From contig JBMNFW010000001.1 of NCBI GenBank assembly GCA_050949525.1, forward strand, positions 463,890 to 527,889: 64,000 nt of DNA. The letters run 5' to 3'. Source of the DNA: Patescibacteria group bacterium (lineage in GTDB: Bacteria; Patescibacteriota; Patescibacteriia; Patescibacteriales; UBA12465). Under the pieces are notes generated by a model. That model worked only from the letters and a program-made list of their open reading frames with translations. It was not told where the DNA came from and searched no databases. A program made the position numbers and the translations under genes. Within the stretch, counting starts at the first letter, position 1. Every line of letters starts with the position of its first letter. This document shows positions 56,853 through 64,000 of this stretch, piece after piece.

Positions 56853-58361
56853 ATGACCACAAAAATTAAGTTTTCTATTTTAATTACTAGTATTTTTTTA
56901 ACTTTACCCTTATTGGGACGAGCCGAGACTGAGTTTAATCCCGGCTTTCTAATTAGTGATCAAGAATATCTTCAGTATAATTCCATGACTTTAAATCAAA
57001 TTCAAAACTTCCTCCAAGAACAAGGCAGTTATTTATCTAATTATCGAACCGAAAATGCTTATGGGCTTACCAAATCAGCCGCTGAAATTATTTATGAAGC
57101 TAGTACTAAAGCTTATGATGTGTCTTTTAATTCTAAAACCGGAATCTATACTTGTGATGATGGCATAGTTCTAGGTGAAAAACTAATTGAGTCCGAATTA
57201 ATTAAAAAATGTCAAAGTATTACTACTGTTAATCCTAAACTATTACTAGTCCTATTACAAAAAGAAATGGGATTAATCGAAAATCCAAGTCCTAGTTCTT
57301 TCCGTCTCGATTTTGCTACTGGTTACATGATCTTCGATGGTATGCAAACTTGTAGTCCTTATGATCCTTGTTATCGATTTAAAGGTTTTGGTAAACAAAT
57401 AAATAGTGCAGCTCTCCAATTTCGTTGGTATTTAATTAAACCGCAAAATTATAAATACCAAGCTGGAAATACTTATACCTTTAAAAATCAATTTGGTACT
57501 ATCTCAGGAGAAGAAGTAACAGTGAATATCGAAAATCAAGCCACAGCTGCTCTATATAATTATACTCCCCATGTCTATAACGGTAATTATAACTTCTGGA
57601 CTTTATGGAATAAATACTTCCCTAATGAAAGTTATCCCGATGGTACCATCCTAAAAGTTAATAATGAATATTGGCTAATTCAATATGGTAAAAAAAGAAA
57701 ATTCAGTAGCTTGAGCGTTCTCTCTTCTCGCTATGATCCTAAACGAGCTTTAGAGGTGAGCTCTTCCGCTCTTAGTGCTTATGAGGAAGGAGCTCCAGTA
57801 AGATTTCATAATTACGCTATTATCATGTCCCCCGAAGGTAAGCTGTATCTCTTAGTAGGTGATAAAAAAAGACTTTTCTCTAGTACTGAAACTTTTAAAA
57901 AACTAGGATTTAATGTTGACGAAATTCAAAATGCCTCTTGGCAAGATATTAACTCCTATCAAAATGGTAAAGATATTACCTTAGCTTCAGCTTATCCAAC
58001 GGGTGCTCTACTACAAAACAAAACAACCGGTGGCGTCTATTGGGTAGAAGAAGAAACTAAAGCTCCTCTTTTAGATAGAAGTCTTTTAAAAACCAAATTT
58101 AAATCTCATAAAATTATACCAGTCTCAGTAGAAGAATTAGATCTTTATCAAACTGTTGGACCCGCTAAGTTTGATAATGGCGAGTTAATAAAATCAGATA
58201 AGTCTCCAGCGGTATATTTAATTGTTGATGGAGAAAAAAGAGCTTTCTTGAACGGAGAAATCTTTGAATCTCTAGGTTTTCATTGGGATAGCATCATTAC
58301 TACTGGGCAAAAAATAGTGGATCTATATCCAAATGGAGCTTTAATTCAAGAACAATTATGA
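56853..58361 (+). CDS. Secreted hypothetical protein with four C-terminal ~55-aa repeats
   Basis: 502 aa; signal peptide; repeats centred on YWLIQYGKKRKFSS / LYLLVGDKKRLFSS / VYWVEEETKAPLLD / VYLIVDGEKRAFLNG. Confidence 0.55.
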   Translation: MTTKIKFSILITSIFLTLPLLGRAETEFNPGFLISDQEYLQYNSMTLNQIQNFLQEQGSYLSNYRTENAYGLTKSAAEIIYEASTKAYDVSFNSKTGIYTCDDGIVLGEKLIESELIKKCQSITTVNPKLLLVLLQKEMGLIENPSPSSFRLDFATGYMIFDGMQTCSPYDPCYRFKGFGKQINSAALQFRWYLIKPQNYKYQAGNTYTFKNQFGTISGEEVTVNIENQATAALYNYTPHVYNGNYNFWTLWNKYFPNESYPDGTILKVNNEYWLIQYGKKRKFSSLSVLSSRYDPKRALEVSSSALSAYEEGAPVRFHNYAIIMSPEGKLYLLVGDKKRLFSSTETFKKLGFNVDEIQNASWQDINSYQNGKDITLASAYPTGALLQNKTTGGVYWVEEETKAPLLDRSLLKTKFKSHKIIPVSVEELDLYQTVGPAKFDNGELIKSDKSPAVYLIVDGEKRAFLNGEIFESLGFHWDSIITTGQKIVDLYPNGALIQEQL

Positions 58362-59182
58362 TCAATCTAGCCTTTATTACCCCCCACTCCCCCTTATTAA
58401 TTCCTAGTATTGCTAAAAAAAATATTAATCTACTAGAAAGAACTAGTCAGGCCTTAGAACAAATCAAGGACAAGATTTTAAGTGAAAAAATTGAAACTAT
58501 TATTATCATCTCGCCTCACAAAAAAAATAATTCCAATATTAGTATTAATAATCACTTTGAATTTAAAATTAATTTTGAAGAATTCGGTGATTACTCTAAA
58601 CAATTAACGCTTCCGGGGGATTTAAATCTTGCCTATCGCCTTAAAGAAGTGAGTGAAAATGATTTTAATATCACTCTCCAAGCTCAGGAAGAAGCTGATT
58701 ATGGTGCTAATATTCCCCTATTCCTTCTAAGCACTGAACCTAAACAAGAAATTAAAAAATTTCTCGGTCAAATAGTAATTATTAACACCTCAACCGAAGA
58801 AAGTTTAGAATATCACTTTCAATGGGGACAGAAAATAAGTCAGGAATTAAAAAACTATAACCGTCGTATTGCTATTATAGCGTCAGCCGAACTCTCTCAT
58901 CGACACAAACATAATTCTCCAGGAGGCTTCTATCAAAGAGCAGCTCTCTTTGATGAGAAAACTATTGAGAATATAAAAAAAGGAGCTGAGGGAGTAGAAG
59001 AAATACTAAAAACTAGTCCACAATTAATTCAAGAAGCTCAAGAATGTGGACTTCGCCCCCTTTTAGTTCTTCTCGGAATTATAAACAAATTTAATTATCA
59101 AGCGGAAACTTTAGCCTATCAAAAAGATCTAGGGATCGGTTATTTAACTATGGAACTATTGCTAAATTATGAACGACATTAA
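58358..59182 (+). CDS. LigB-family (class III extradiol dioxygenase-like / Memo-like) protein
   Basis: 274 aa; AFITPHSPLLIP, IIIISPH, ASAELSHRH resemble the metal-binding His patterns of the LigB/MEMO superfamily. ATGA start/stop overlap with the upstream gene. Confidence 0.4.
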   Translation: MINLAFITPHSPLLIPSIAKKNINLLERTSQALEQIKDKILSEKIETIIIISPHKKNNSNISINNHFEFKINFEEFGDYSKQLTLPGDLNLAYRLKEVSENDFNITLQAQEEADYGANIPLFLLSTEPKQEIKKFLGQIVIINTSTEESLEYHFQWGQKISQELKNYNRRIAIIASAELSHRHKHNSPGGFYQRAALFDEKTIENIKKGAEGVEEILKTSPQLIQEAQECGLRPLLVLLGIINKFNYQAETLAYQKDLGIGYLTMELLLNYERH

Positions 59183-59423
59183 AGATATTTTAAAACAACA
59201 AGAAAGCCAAAGAAAAAAACCACCAGTTTATCAGTGGCAAGATTTAGCTTTGCGAGTTATAAAAGAATTAAATATTCCGAACTTCAAACGTTCCGCAGTT
59301 TTTAAAGTCTGTAAAGAACATAGTTCAACTCGTATTATTCAAGCCTTGACAGATACTAAGGAGTTATGTCAAAGTGGGCAAAAGTGGGCTTACTTTTTTA
59401 AAATTTTAAATAGTAAAAAATAA
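59169..59423 (+). CDS. Hypothetical small protein
   Basis: 84-aa ORF, overlaps the upstream gene by 14 nt and ends 1 nt before def. Confidence 0.45.
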   Translation: MNDIKDILKQQESQRKKPPVYQWQDLALRVIKELNIPNFKRSAVFKVCKEHSSTRIIQALTDTKELCQSGQKWAYFFKILNSKK

Positions 59424-59424
59424 T

Positions 59425-59901
59425 ATGTTAGATATAGTATTGCATCCTAATAAAATATTACGTCAAGTATCAGCACCTATTACTCTAGAAGACTTGTCGA
59501 ATCCGGAATTTAAAACTCTAATTTCTGAAATGACTGAAACTATGATAGAAAAAGATGGAATTGGTTTAGCAGCCCCTCAAATTGGTAAAAATATTAGATT
59601 AATTATAGTAAAAAACCAAGAACAAATTCTAATTATGATTAATCCCAAAATTACTAAAAAATCTTGGGCTAAAAAAATAGAGGACGAAGGTTGTTTATCA
59701 GTTTTAGGATCAAACGGTCTCCCCTATTATCTTCCAGTCGCTAGACATCAAAAAATATCAGTAAACTATACCAATATTTCCGGTGAAAAGAAAAATATTA
59801 AAGCAACTAATTTTTTAGCTCGAGCCATTCAACATGAAATTGATCATCTGGACGGTGTCCTTTTCATTGATAAAGCCTTGAAAAATGAAACAAAAAATTA
59901 A
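59425..59901 (+). CDS. def: Peptide deformylase
   Basis: 158 aa; GIGLAAPQIG, EGCLS, HEIDHLDG. Confidence 0.92.
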   Translation: MLDIVLHPNKILRQVSAPITLEDLSNPEFKTLISEMTETMIEKDGIGLAAPQIGKNIRLIIVKNQEQILIMINPKITKKSWAKKIEDEGCLSVLGSNGLPYYLPVARHQKISVNYTNISGEKKNIKATNFLARAIQHEIDHLDGVLFIDKALKNETKN

Positions 59902-60817
59902 AACAATCTTTTTTGGTACCCCTAGCCTAGCAGCTACTGGACTAGAATTACTCTTACAGAGTGATTTTTTTGATATTCTAGCGGTAGTAACTCAAATTGA
60001 TAAAAGCTCCGGACGAAATCTCCAGCTCCAGAAATCAGCTGTTAAAATAAAGGCTGAGGAATATGGCCTAAAAATACTTCAAGCTAAGAAATTAAATGAC
60101 ATTTTTCCAGAAATAGAAGCTTTAAAACCAGATCTAATTATTGTAATTGCCTATGGTCAAATATTAAAAGAAAACATATTAAATTTGCCTAAATTTAAAT
60201 GTGTAAATGTTCATGGTTCTCTCTTACCTAAATATCGTGGCGCTTCCTGTCTTCAAGCTAGTATTTTAGCTGGAGATAAAAAAACCGGCATCACTTTAAT
60301 GCAGATGGATGAAGGATTAGATACTGGACCCATTATTATATCAAGAGAAATAATTTTAGATGAACAAGAAACAACCTTAACCTTAATGAATAAAATGAAA
60401 AAAACTCTCCAAGAAAATCTAGTACCTGATTTAAAAAAATATATCAACGGTGAGTTTAAAATAAAAAAACAAGATGATAGTCAAGCTTCTTATGCTCCCA
60501 TTATTAAAAAAGAAGATGGGAATATAGACCCCCAAAAAGAAAATGCTAGTCAAATAGAAAGAAAAATTAGAGCCTATACTCCCTGGCCTGGGAGCTTTTT
60601 AATCAATGAAAAATATGGAATAATTAAAATATTAGAAGTGGCTAAGCTAGAAATTGAAGCTCAAGATCAGCCAGCTGGTAAATTCTTTATTCACAACCAT
60701 GAATTAGCTTTAAAATGCCAAGATCGAGCTTTAATTATTAAAAAAATTCAGGTAGCTGGTAAAAAACCTTTAAATTCATCTGAGTTTCTAAAAGGAAATG
60801 CCTGGATTTTAAATTAA
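59885..60817 (+). CDS. fmt: Methionyl-tRNA formyltransferase
   Basis: 310 aa; VAYGQILK, NVHGSLLPKYRGASCLQ, MDEGLDTGPI. Confidence 0.92.
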   Translation: MKQKIKTIFFGTPSLAATGLELLLQSDFFDILAVVTQIDKSSGRNLQLQKSAVKIKAEEYGLKILQAKKLNDIFPEIEALKPDLIIVIAYGQILKENILNLPKFKCVNVHGSLLPKYRGASCLQASILAGDKKTGITLMQMDEGLDTGPIIISREIILDEQETTLTLMNKMKKTLQENLVPDLKKYINGEFKIKKQDDSQASYAPIIKKEDGNIDPQKENASQIERKIRAYTPWPGSFLINEKYGIIKILEVAKLEIEAQDQPAGKFFIHNHELALKCQDRALIIKKIQVAGKKPLNSSEFLKGNAWILN

Positions 60818-60866
60818 AAGTCTTGCCAAAAAAAAATATATAGCTTAAAATATAAACGTTTCAAAG

Positions 60867-60938
60867 GGTCCCTTCGTCTAGTGGTTAGGACACCAGGTTC
60901 TCATCCTGGCAACAGGGGTTCGACTCCCCTAGGGATCA
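60867..60938 (+). tRNA. tRNA-Glu (anticodon CUC), no encoded CCA
   Basis: Close to E. coli tRNA-Glu by eye: acceptor GGTCCCT/AGGGATC (one G-U pair), TCGTCTAGTGGTTAGGAC D-arm, anticodon stem CCAGG/CCTGG with loop TTCTCAT, T-arm AGGGG-TTCGACT-CCCCT. Confidence 0.85.
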
Positions 60939-60952
60939 CAACCAAAAACTAA

Positions 60953-60981
60953 AAACCACTACTGATAAAGTAGTGGTTTTT
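60953..60981. terminator. Bidirectional intrinsic terminator (tRNA-Glu / gap)
   Basis: Stem AACCACTACT / AGTAGTGGTT flanked by an A-run and a T-run. Confidence 0.7.
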
Positions 60982-60999
60982 AAATTGTAATTAATATAT

Positions 61000-62013
61000 T
61001 TAAACTAGATATTTAATTAAATCTGCTAAACGACTAGCGTAACCCCATTCATTATCATACCAAACTATAAGTTTAAGAAGGTCTCCACCAATTAATCTAG
61101 TCATCGGTAAGTCAACTATTGAACTATGATTATTTCCAATAATATCAGAAGAAACCAAAGCTCCATTAGAAACCTCAACTAAACCTTTATACCTTTTATT
61201 AACACTAGCTTTAATGAAAGTATTACTAATCTCTTCAATAGTAGTTTTCTTTTTTAAATGAAAAACAATATCACACATTGATCCAGTCACCACTGGAACG
61301 CGAATCGCCAAACCATCAAAAGTACCTTTTAAAGAAGGAATGGTATCATTAATAGCACTGGCGGCCCCAGTTGAAGTTGGAACAATATTCAAAGCTGCTG
61401 ATCTGGCTCGTCGCAAATCTCGATGAGGTCCATCAACTAAATTTTGATCAGCCGTATAAGCATGAACAGTACTTAAAAGAGCTTTTTTAATACCAAATTT
61501 TTCCTTAACAATATTAGTTACTGGAGCTAAGCAATTAGTAGTACAAGAAGCACAAGACAAAATTTGATCCTTCTTTTTATCAATCTTCTTCTCATTAACT
61601 CCTAAAACTATAGTCTTAACCTTTTTATCTCCCTTAGCCGGAGCTGATAATATCACTTTCTTAGCCCCAGCCTTTAAATGTAATTCTAAATCTTCTTTCT
61701 TAGTAAAACGACCAGTACACTCTAAAACTAAATCCACTTTCATTTTAGCCCATGGTAAAAGACTAGGATCTTTTTCTGATAAAACTGGAGTTTTCTTACG
61801 ATTAACAATAATATTTTTTTCATCACTAGATACTGAGGCTGAATAAGTACCGTAGACAGTATCATATTTTAAAAGATGAGCCAAAGTTTTAGTATCAGTT
61901 AAATCATTAATAGCCACGATTTTGTAATGAGGATATTTTTCTAAAATGATTTTAAAAACTGCTCGGCCAATACGACCAAAGCCATTAATAGCAATGTTTA
62001 TTTGCTTAGACAT
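61000..62013 (-). CDS. gap: Glyceraldehyde-3-phosphate dehydrogenase, type I
   Basis: 337 aa; INGFGRIGR, SCASCTTNCLAP (active-site Cys), WYDNEWGY. Confidence 0.93.
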   Translation of the reverse strand: MSKQINIAINGFGRIGRAVFKIILEKYPHYKIVAINDLTDTKTLAHLLKYDTVYGTYSASVSSDEKNIIVNRKKTPVLSEKDPSLLPWAKMKVDLVLECTGRFTKKEDLELHLKAGAKKVILSAPAKGDKKVKTIVLGVNEKKIDKKKDQILSCASCTTNCLAPVTNIVKEKFGIKKALLSTVHAYTADQNLVDGPHRDLRRARSAALNIVPTSTGAASAINDTIPSLKGTFDGLAIRVPVVTGSMCDIVFHLKKKTTIEEISNTFIKASVNKRYKGLVEVSNGALVSSDIIGNNHSSIVDLPMTRLIGGDLLKLIVWYDNEWGYASRLADLIKYLV

Positions 62014-62037
62014 AATTCTAATTTTAATTATTAAATA

Positions 62038-62856
62038 TTATTTCTTTTTCTTGTGTCGATTAATATCTACCTCTAAAACAATATCATTTTCACCATCTTT
62101 ATCACCTTTAAACAAAACATCGACTGCTTGTTTTAAAATATGATGACCAACTACTTCACCACGCCGACCATCAACATTAACTCGAGTACCAATAGGAGGA
62201 AGATTTTTACTTAAATCTAAATATCCTTCGTATTCATAAGACAAACAGCACATTAATTTTCCACACATGCCTGAAACTCTATCACTACCCCGATGAACCA
62301 CCTGCTGAGCTTCCGCCATTTCTGAAGTAATAGAAGAAAAATCTTTAATATGAGATTGACAACATAATCTTCGGCCGCAGTGAGAATAATCCCCCTGAAC
62401 TCGAGCCTCATCCCGTCCTCCAATTTGAGTTAAACGAATAACACCTTTAAAACGAGCTGAAAGATCCTTAACTAGGCTACGAAAATCAACTCGATTATCA
62501 GAATAAAAAGCAAAATTAATCCTATTTTTATCTAAAGAAAAATGAACATCAATTAATTTCATGGGTAATTCATATTTCTCAATTAATTGCTGACAATAAT
62601 TTAAAGCTTCATCTTTTTCTCGCTCTGAAACTTTTTGCTCTAAATCCCGGCTTTCAGCTAAACGTAATATCGGTTTGATTTCTAATTCCTCAACCTCTAA
62701 TTCAGTTTTTTCCTTAAAAGAAAAAACCTTGCCCAGCTCTAAACCAAACTCGGTTTCTACTAAAACCTCATCACCGATTTTTAAATCAGGTAAATTTTCA
62801 AAACTAAAATTATATTTCTTATCCCAGGGAGCGAATTGTATTTGCGCTATTTTCAT
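62038..62856 (-). CDS. PSP1-domain protein (RicT/YaaT-like)
   Basis: 272 aa; PSP1 C-terminal pattern with Cys clusters HCGRRLCCQSH and GMCGKLMCCLSYE. Confidence 0.8.
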   Translation of the reverse strand: MKIAQIQFAPWDKKYNFSFENLPDLKIGDEVLVETEFGLELGKVFSFKEKTELEVEELEIKPILRLAESRDLEQKVSEREKDEALNYCQQLIEKYELPMKLIDVHFSLDKNRINFAFYSDNRVDFRSLVKDLSARFKGVIRLTQIGGRDEARVQGDYSHCGRRLCCQSHIKDFSSITSEMAEAQQVVHRGSDRVSGMCGKLMCCLSYEYEGYLDLSKNLPPIGTRVNVDGRRGEVVGHHILKQAVDVLFKGDKDGENDIVLEVDINRHKKKK

Positions 62857-62866
62857 GACCTAGGAA

Positions 62867-63664
62867 TTATAATGAATATCGAACAAACTTAAGGACCTTA
62901 GTTTCACCTAAAATATCTCGAATTTTTTTCTTATCATCTTTAATATATTCTTGATCAATTAAACAAATCTCAGAAAAGTATTTTTTAATTTTACCGGTCA
63001 TAATATTTTCAATCATATTTTCCGGCTTACCTTCCTTTAATAATTGTTCTCGATATATATCTTTTTCCTTTTCTATTTCTTCACTAGGAACCTCAGACTC
63101 ATCTAAATAAGAGGGGTTAGAGGCAGCGATATGCATAGCAATATCAGCAGCTAAATCCTCTTTCCCTGGTTGATCTAAAGCTACTAAAACACCAATCTTA
63201 CCACCTAAATGAGAATAAGCTGCTACACTAGCCCCAGAAACCATAGCTACTCGTCCTAAAATAATTTTTTCACCAATAACTCCGCTTAAAGCATTAATTT
63301 GATCCTCAACCTTAGATCCATTCAAATCTGAAGCTAATAAATCCTCGGTTTGAGAAATTTCATTTGCTTGAGCTACCTTCATTATATCATCTAATAGAGC
63401 TTGAAATTTCTCATTTCGAGCTACAAAATCAGTTTCAGAATTTAATTCTACTAAATAAGCTTGGGTTTTATCACTATTTAATTCAACTTTAATAATCCCC
63501 TCTCCTGCCTCACGTTCACTTCTCTTAGCCGCCTTAGCAATTCCTTTTTTTCTTAAAATTTCAATAGCTTTTTCAATATCTCCAGCTACTTCATCTAAAG
63601 CTTTTTTACAATCAACCATACCAGCTCCAGTTCGCTCGCGCAATTCTTTTATTTTTTCCATCAT
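62867..63664 (-). CDS. tsf: Translation elongation factor Ts
   Basis: 265 aa; IKELRERTGAGMVDCKKAL UBA-like N-terminus, ELNSETDFVARN. Confidence 0.93.
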   Translation of the reverse strand: MMEKIKELRERTGAGMVDCKKALDEVAGDIEKAIEILRKKGIAKAAKRSEREAGEGIIKVELNSDKTQAYLVELNSETDFVARNEKFQALLDDIMKVAQANEISQTEDLLASDLNGSKVEDQINALSGVIGEKIILGRVAMVSGASVAAYSHLGGKIGVLVALDQPGKEDLAADIAMHIAASNPSYLDESEVPSEEIEKEKDIYREQLLKEGKPENMIENIMTGKIKKYFSEICLIDQEYIKDDKKKIRDILGETKVLKFVRYSL

Positions 63665-63686
63665 ATAATTATTATTTAATTATTAA

Positions 63687-64000
63687 TTAATCTAATTTAA
63701 TATTCTTAGCATTCTTTAAAGTCTCTAAAATACTTTGAAGAATTAATTCAACTGTTTTAGTCGCATCATCATTAGCTGGAATTGGATACTGAGCTAATTC
63801 TGGATTAACATTAGTATCACAAACCGCAATAACCGGAATATTTTTGTTATGAGCCTCTTCTACAGCCGTACTTTCTTCTTTTAAGTCCCAAATAAAAATA
63901 GCGTCGGGAAGTTTAGTTAATCCCACTAAACCACCAACTCGCTCCTCTAATCGTTGAATATCACGACTAAAACCTAATTGCTCTTTTTTAGTATATTTAT
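63687..64000 (-). CDS. rpsB: 30S ribosomal protein S2, N-terminus beyond window edge
   Basis: Reading frame stays open to 64000 (…KKEQLGFSRDIQRLEERVGGLVGLTKLPDAIFIWDLKEESTAVEEAHNKNIPVIAVCDTNVNP…). Classic rpsB-tsf order. Confidence 0.9.
   Translation of the reverse strand, partial: KYTKKEQLGFSRDIQRLEERVGGLVGLTKLPDAIFIWDLKEESTAVEEAHNKNIPVIAVCDTNVNPELAQYPIPANDDATKTVELILQSILETLKNAKNIKLD

Noticed and set aside
58359-58361. Alternative genetic code (UGA reassigned, as in some CPR lineages).
   Set aside because: RF2 with an intact SPF motif is encoded here, and TGA terminates at least one well-delimited ORF (56853..58361). All conserved proteins translate full-length under code 11.

Overview
This is an AT-rich, very gene-dense bacterial chromosome segment with about 70 CDS, 3 tRNAs, no rRNA and no CRISPR. 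The gene content looks like a small-genome Patescibacteria/CPR-type organism; that placement is inference from a DUF4012 glycan locus, many small membrane hypotheticals, a FISUMP-domain secreted protein, an [FeFe] hydrogenase and a minimal dcw cluster. The standard genetic code applies: RF2 is present and TGA is used as a stop.

Most of the window is housekeeping:
- Translation: rplL/rplJ, rpmB, rplY, tsf, rpsB, prfB, def-fmt.
- tRNA charging, maturation and rRNA modification: aspS, asnS, thrS, cca, rlmN.
- Cell envelope and division: mraZ-rsmH-ftsL-ftsI-murF, a FtsW/RodA homologue, comEC.
- Other core functions: recG, gap, a nifS/nifU pair, sod.

Genes run almost uninterrupted on the minus strand from 1 to about 53.8 kb. 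They then switch to the plus strand at 53.9-60.9 kb.

Non-routine content:
- Two near-identical 1086-bp IS481-like elements lie 36,627 bp apart in direct orientation.
- One IS copy sits next to a tRNA-Ser, a compositionally odd orphan gene and a two-gene [FeFe]-hydrogenase/NuoF-like module.
- A T-box-like leader with an unusually short Stem I precedes thrS.
- An L10-leader-like attenuator precedes rplJ.
- Repeated AAGTGGTG boxes lie in the mraZ promoter.
- A LexA-like repressor is transcribed divergently from a degenerate GIY-YIG-like mini-protein, across four TTGACA-type hexamers.
- A perfect 153-bp tandem duplication lies inside an S8 protease/FG-GAP gene.
- A bacterial tRNA-Arg carries the atypical anticodon GCG.

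I did not find an unambiguous new multi-gene system. The candidates above are ranked honestly, and most need HMM, covariance-model or comparative checks that I cannot run here.
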